64,000 nucleotides of DNA, taken from assembly GCA_014905635.1 (NCBI GenBank), contig JABVCE010000007.1:930001-994000 (forward strand), in the 5' to 3' direction. Source of the stretch: Scenedesmus sp. PABB004 (Eukaryota). A model generated the notes under the pieces. That model was not told the DNA's origin and did not search any database. It saw only the letters and a list, made by a program, of their open reading frames with translations. Shown here piece after piece: positions 58,501 to 64,000 of the stretch (position 1 is the stretch's first letter; each line of letters opens with the position of its first letter). The translations under genes and the position numbers were made by a program.

Positions 58501-59531
58501 CTGGCGCCGGCGGCGCGGGGCTGGGCCGCGCGCGCTCGACGCGCGGCGCTGGGGGCGGCGACGCCGGCGCGGGCGCGGAGCTGCCGGCAGAGGCGAGCAG
58601 CGGCAGCGGCAGCGGCAGCGCCGCGAGCGGCCGGCCCAGCCTGCACGCCGGCGACGGCGAGGCGCGTGAGGCGTCGGACGCCGGCTCGGCAGGCGGCTGG
58701 ACGCCCTCGGGGCGGCGCAGCAGCGACGAGGGTGGGCCCCTTGACGCGGCCAGCCCCAGCGGCGACGCAGGGCCGGGTGCCGGTGGGCCGCGCGACGGCG
58801 GCGGCGGCGGCACGTGGGGCGCGGCGCCGCAGCGCTCGGCAGTGAGCTTCACCAGCGCCGGCTGCCACGAGTCGGTGCGAGTGGTCATCCCGGACAGCAG
58901 CAGAGGTGAGGCCGCGTTGTGTAGGGCGTGCTTCAGCGAGGGCCGCTCGCGCCAGCCCGGGCAAATGCCACGCGTGCGCACTCACTCACCACCCTGCCGC
59001 CGCCGCCGGCGCCACCGCTCCCAGACGACCCCATCTCTGCTGCCATCAAGCGCTCGGCCGAGAGCTGTGGTGCCATCGCGGCCGTGCACCGGCTGCAGGT
59101 GGACAGCGGCGGCGGCGGCGGCGGCGAGCATGCGGCCAGCCCCAGCGCGCGCTCGCACTCCTTCTCCGCTGGCGTGCCGTCGCCTGCCACGCCGAGCGGC
59201 GGCTCTGCCCTCGCCCGCACGGCGTCCAAGGCGCCCGGCAAGCTGCTGCTGGCGGGCGGTGAGCGGGGTGCCAGCGCGCGGCGGCTGGACGTGCGCGGTG
59301 CACCGCGCACGCGGCGCGGGCGCGCCAAGGCCGCTGCTGCCGCCGACCGCAGGCGCGAGCCCGAGCGCAAGCCGCACGTCCCTGACCACCAAGCACGGGG
59401 GCTCCGGCAGCAGCAGCAACAGCAGCAGCCCAGCAGGCAGGGACAGGCGGGGGGCGTCGGGGGCGCCCAGCCAGAGCAGCCAGACGAGGGACCGCGCCAA
59501 GTCGCTCGGGCCCGCCACGAAGCAGGCATGA
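55530..59531 (+). CDS. Two LOV-like PAS domains fused to a SNF1/CAMKL-type Ser/Thr kinase
   Basis: PAS1 [20 protein letters not shown]....EAAGRP..LLAGP; PAS2 [20 protein letters not shown]...YRRDGAPFW; kinase [32 protein letters not shown]. Confidence 0.82.
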
Positions 59532-59905
59532 TCGCAGATCGCCGCAGCCGCCTGGGCTGCACGCCGGCGCCGGACGGGGATGCGCCTATGCAGAGTGAGA
59601 GGCAGCAGATTCATGGCTGCAACGGCGTGTGGCAACCGGCGCGCGCCCTCGGACGGGGCGCACGTCCGTGGCGCCGCCCGCGCGTGCGGGGCGCTGAGCG
59701 CAGGCTCTGGCTGCGCCGCTCCCAGCACTGTCTCACCACCTGTGCTCGGCCCACGGCCTGAAGGCGCAGCTGTACAGCACCTCCTTGCGCGTGCCCGCCC
59801 GCGGAGCGCGCAGCAATCAAACGACGCGCGCCGGCGCCTGTCGTCAGAGCAGCAGCCATCCGCAGCCGCCGCGTAGGTACTGGGGTGCAACTTTATGGCC
59901 GCGAA

Positions 59906-60344
59906 AAGTGAACTCACGCCTCGCGGCCCGTCCGTGACTGCTCGTGGGCGCGGACCGGCGGCGGCGGCGGCGGCATCTCTCACGGCGCGTGAGCTCGCGA
60001 GCCCTCAACTGCACGATCTCGCCCGGCTGGCGCGCTCGGCATGTTGCCAACATGCCCGGGTATATCAAGCCACCAGGGGGAATCGTGGGTATGGGGGTAG
60101 ACGCGGAGCAGGCGGCACGCGAGCAGCGGCGGCGTCGAGTGCTCCGCGTAGACCCCCATACCCACGATTCCCCCTGGTGGCTTGATATACCCGGGCATGT
60201 TGGCAACACGCCGAGCGCGCCAGCCGGGCGAGATCGTGCAGTTGAGGGCTCGCGAGCTTACGCGCCGCGAGACATGCCGCCGCCGCCGCCGCCGGCCCGC
60301 CCCCACGAGCTGTCACGGACGGGCCGCGAGGCGTGAGTTCACTT
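59906..60344. ncRNA. Long foldback (205-bp arms, 29-nt loop); candidate miRNA/siRNA precursor
   Basis: 59906-60110 is the reverse complement of 60140-60344 with few mismatches; looser pairing extends to ~59865/60385. The inverted repeat is certain, the RNA function is inferred. Confidence 0.6.
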
Positions 60345-60670
60345 GGAGGTGCCATGGCATTGCACCAGAGCACCTGTGCAGCAGCAGGCAGCCTCCCACC
60401 TGCCGGCGCCAACGCATCACCACGGCTTCACAGAGCTGCTGCGGCGTGCGGCCGCACGAGCCGGCCGCACTGTGCGCCCTCTCTGCCCCGCAGGCGCAGG
60501 CCCAAGCTGCCGCTGCAGGCAGGAGTGTGAGTTCCAGCGCCCTGCGCGCCTGTCGGGGCCTGGCGGGTGCGATTGGCGCGCTCGGCCAGCAGCGACGGCG
60601 CTCGGTCGACCGCGCGGTGCGTCTGCGCTGCTCTCACGCATTCACATCACGCGCAAAAATAATTACTGGC

Positions 60671-62445
60671 TCACAACTTGCGCCGCTTGCTGCTCGGCTG
60701 CTGCCGCGCCTGCTGCCGCCCGCCCTCGCGCCGCACGGTCAGCACCGTCTTGCGGGTGCGGCGCTGCTCGCACGCCCAGCAGACGCACGCGGTCGCGGCC
60801 AGCTCGTCGTCGGCGTCGTCGGTGACCGCGGCGTAGTCCCACGCGAGCTCGTCCATGGCGGCGCCCAGCTTGAACTCCTGGCCGCTCAGGTCAATCGCCC
60901 AGCCCGGCCGCCCCGGCGAGCGCCGCGCGGCCTCGCGCACGCAGAGCAGCGCCTGCGGCGCGTCGCGCGGCAGCCAGCGGACGTGGTCCGTCTCCAGCAG
61001 CGCCGCGGGGCCGTGCGCGAGGTTGGCCATCTGCATCACCCCGCCGACGTGCCCCGGGTCGACGACCGCGCCCTCGACCTCAATCGCCGCGAGGCTCGGC
61101 TCCGACTGGCCCGCGCGCAGGCCGGCGCGGCGCTGGCCCGTGTAGAAGCCCGCCATGGTGCGTGTGCGCACGGGGCGCTGCCGCTCGCCGGCGCGCGCGC
61201 GCGCCTCGAAGCCGAGCAGCGCCGCCGGCCAGGCGGGGGTGCGGTGCTCGGTGTGGAAGTGGTCGGGCGCGTCGAGCATGAACAGACCCTGCTCGCCCGG
61301 CACGTAGGAGCTGGGCCCGAGCAGCAGGCTGCTGCTCAGCAGCGGCCACGTGCGCCGCCGCAGCATCTCCGCGCGCCTCGCCTCGGACGCGAGGCGCGTC
61401 GGCAGCAGCCGCGGCGGGCACCTGCGCGGCGGCCGGCGCGGGGCCGGCGCGGGGCGTGAGCGGCGGCCGCGCCGCGCGGCGCGGGCGCGGGCCGGCGCGG
61501 CGGCGGCGCGCACATGAACACGGCCGCGACGGGCACGTGGCACTCCTGGCGCAGGCGCGTCAGGTGCGCCTGCTGCAGCACCACCGCCGGGCTCTCCTCC
61601 GGCGACGCCCAGGGCAGCTGGCTCTGGTCCACCAGCAGCACGCGCCACAGCAGCGCTGTGCAGTCGTGCGCGAGCGCGCCGCCGCACAGCGCCGCGCCGC
61701 ACAGGAAGCAGCGCTGGATGCGCCTGGAGCCGCTCCCGCCGCCCTCGATCGTGGCCGCGCAGCCCGCCGCGGACGCGAGCGCCTCGAGCAGCGGCGCGTC
61801 GACGTGCACAGGCCTGGCGCAGACGTGCAGCGCCAGGTGGTGCTGCGACGGCAGCTGCACGTTGCAGCGGCCGCACCACACGCTGCAGCACGCCTTGCCC
61901 TCGGCCGGGGCCTGATACTGCGGGCCGAGCGCGTCGCGTCGCCGCACGACCTCCGGGTGCGACCACAGCGACCGGAGCTGCTCTGCGCTGTGCCGAGCGA
62001 AAAAGGCGTTCCGCAGCAGGTGTTTGACCGCGGCCTTGCTCGCCGCTGCGGCGCCCCTGCCGTCCTTGCGCACCGCAGGGCTGGCCTCACGCGCAGTCTG
62101 CGCCGCCGCTGCCGCGGTCGCCGCCGACTCTGCCTGAGCCCGCCTCTGGCGCAGGCCCGTCACCAGTCGCCGGACCTGCGCGCTGAGCTGGCTGCCGTCG
62201 GCCTCCGCGGCGGCGCACGCAGCGGCGGCGGCGGCAGCGGCCTCCGCCTCCGCCTGTGCCGTTGCTGCTGCGGCCGCGGCCTCTGCCGCTGCGCGCTCGA
62301 CCCGCTGCTGCTGCCCCGGCGTGCCCGCGTTGGCCGCCAGCCTGTTGAAGTGCCCTGCGCGCGCGGCCGCCGCGCGCTGCTCCGCGGAGAGGTCGGCGAC
62401 CGCCGCCTCGCGCCACCGGGTGCGGCGCGGCGCTGGCGCCGCCAT
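60671..62445 (-). CDS. Zn-finger protein with a divergent SET/post-SET domain
   Basis: CGRC...HLALH and CFLC...HDC, then GEQGLF, FYTG, VDPGHVGGVMQMANLAH, ELAWDY, CVCWAC; one intron ~61422-61513. Confidence 0.6.
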
Positions 62446-62761
62446 GGGGCTCGCCCGGCCATGCGCGCGGACGGAGGGGCGCGGCGGGGTCACTGTCTGC
62501 GCGAGGGGGCGCCGTGGTCAGGCGAACGAGCGGCGAGCGCCGCCGGCGGCCCCCGCGTCCTGAACCGCCGCTGCTGCTGCTGCCGCCGACCGCGAGCGTC
62601 GCAAATCGGCGCACGAGACGGGCCCCGTTACAAACCGCCCTCTCATCCCACCAACAGTTCACATTCTGGCAGCCCCGCCCTCGCCGTAGCCCCCCGTCGG
62701 TCATCGGTCAGGTGCGCGTTGCGCTGCGCGAGCAGCCCCAGGGTCACCGAACGCCCGCGCG

Positions 62762-64000
62762 TCACGCGAGGCTGCGGCTGCGGCTCCGGCTGCGGCTCAG
62801 GCTCCTGCTCGCCTCGCGCCGGGCCGGGCTCGCGCTGCCCGGGCGCGCGGGGCTCGCGCTGGCGCCGCGGCGCGCGGGGCTCGCGCTGGCGCCGCGGCGC
62901 GCGGGGCTGCGCCCGCGGCTGCGGCTGCGCGACTTGTCGCCGCCGCGCGCGGGGCTGCGGCTGCGGCTGCGCGCCTTGTCGTCGCCGTCGCCGCCACCGC
63001 CGCGCGCGGGGCTGCGGCTGCGCGACTTGTGGCCGCGCGAGCGCGAGCGCGAGCGGCTGCCGCCGCGGTCCCGCGTGTCCACCTTGACACGAATGTAGCA
63101 CCTGGGCGCGCCGCGGCGCGCGCGGCTCGGCCGGCGGCCCCGCTTGCGGCCGGGGCCGCAAGCGCGCGCTGCCCCTCGCGCCGTGCGGCCCGCGCCGCAC
63201 TTGTCAAAGGGGTTTTTGAACTCGGTGTCGTCGAGGCGGCGAATCGCGGCGGCCATGTCCTCCGCGGTCGTGTAGTCCACCAGGCCCGTGAGGCTGTCGC
63301 CGTCCTTGATGACCTGCGGGCGCGGCGGCAAAGGGCGTGGGCGCCGGGGCGCGGCGCCGGGGCGCGGGCGCGGGCGCGGGCACCGGGGCGCGGGCGCCGG
63401 GGCGCGGGCGCCGGGGCGCGGGCGCCGGGGCGCGGGCGCCGGGGCGCGGGCGCCGGGGCGCGGGCGCCGGGGCGCGGGCCGCGGGCTGCGCTGGGCACCT
63501 GCGCAAAGGTGACGTCGCCTGCCTTGCGCATGTGGTCCTTGAGGTCCTGCCAGGAGCACGTGATGGGCAGGCCGGTCACGATGACGCGGTGCGCGGTGCG
63601 CCGCGACGTGCTGCCGCCGCCGCCGCCGCCGCCGGTGCGGACGTAGCCGCCGCCGCCGCCGCCGCCGCGGGCGTAGCCGCCGCCGCCGCCGCCGTCGTAG
63701 CTGCGCACGCAGGCGGGCAGCGCGGTGAGCGCGGCGGCGGGGCTGCGGAGGGCGCGTCAGCGCGCGGGCGCACGAGCGCGCCGCGGCCTCGTGCGCACCG
63801 GCCGCCGCCGCCGCCGCCGTAGCCGCCGCCACCTCCGCCGTAGCCGCCGCCGCCTCCGCCGTAGCCCCCGCCGCCGCCACCGCCGTGACCGCCGCCGCCG
63901 CCGGCGCCGCCGCTGCCGAGGAAGGCGCCGCCGGGGCCACGCCGGCCGCCGCCGCGCGAGAGCTCGACCTGCGCGCGGCGGCGCGGTGCGGCGCGGCGCG
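62762..64000 (-). CDS. SR splicing factor, SRSF1/ASF-SF2 family; 5'-partial
   Basis: Pseudo-[38 protein letters not shown], Gly-rich linker, RS/RSPAR repeats; minus-strand TGTAA at 62628-62632. Confidence 0.92.
   Translation of the reverse strand, partial: RAAPHRAAARRSSSRAAAAGVAPAAPSSAAAAPAAAAVTAVAAAGATAEAAAATAEVAAATAAAAAAGAHEAAARSCARALTRPPQPRRRAHRAARLRAQLRRRRRRRLRPRRRRRRRLRPHRRRRRRRQHVAAHRAPRHRDRPAHHVLLAGPQGPHAQGRRRHLCAGAQRSPRPAPRRPRPGARAPAPAPRRPRPGARAPAPAPRCPRPRPRPGAAPRRPRPLPPRPQVIKDGDSLTGLVDYTTAEDMAAAIRRLDDTEFKNPFDKCGAGRTARGAARACGPGRKRGRRPSRARRGAPRCYIRVKVDTRDRGGSRSRSRSRGHKSRSRSPARGGGGDGDDKARSRSRSPARGGDKSRSRSRGRSPARRGASASPARRGASASPARPGSASPARREASRSLSRSRSRSRSLA
63340..63480. repeat. GC minisatellite (GGGCGCGGGCGCCG)n in an SR gene intron
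   Basis: Tandem 14-mer visible in the sequence. Confidence 0.85.

Noticed and set aside
1..64000. Hundreds of long overlapping Ala/Arg/Pro/Gly-rich ORFs, e.g. 837-3617 (-), 20702-23476 (-), 44862-47723 (-)
   Set aside because: Expected from stop-codon scarcity at very high GC; they are antisense or off-frame shadows of real exons and introns

Overview
Eukaryotic, very GC-rich, gene-dense nuclear DNA with many short introns. The intron style (GTGCGC/GCGCGC donors), TGTAA poly(A) signals, TTTAGGG-type repeats and gene set point to a chlorophyte green alga, probably Sphaeropleales/Selenastraceae (inference). Most long six-frame ORFs are GC artefacts, so I reassembled genes by eye from exons and boundaries are approximate. 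Recognisable genes: MSH1 (5'-partial), CNOT11, phenylalanine hydroxylase, PH-domain DGAT1, acyl-ACP thioesterase FAT1, RPL15, homogentisate 1,2-dioxygenase (HGD), a SAM methyltransferase, plastid TPI, a large Ser/Thr kinase, SufE-NadA quinolinate synthase (QS), ACL5-type thermospermine synthase, a two-PAS(LOV-like) SNF1-type kinase, a divergent Zn-finger/SET protein and an SRSF1-like SR protein (5'-partial). Main unusual observations: (1) FAT1 appears to take its promoter and transit-peptide start from an inverted duplicate of the ACL5-3'/QS-5' region; (2) a second inverted duplicate places the HGD 3' end downstream of PAH; (3) a ~5.5 kb mosaic of broken gene fragments with hairpins and direct repeats at 10-15.6 kb; (4) a 205-bp-arm foldback resembling an algal miRNA precursor; (5) an orphan ORF with two decayed copies flanking the methyltransferase; (6) frequent GC-AG introns. 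No rRNA, tRNA, CRISPR array or transposase was found.
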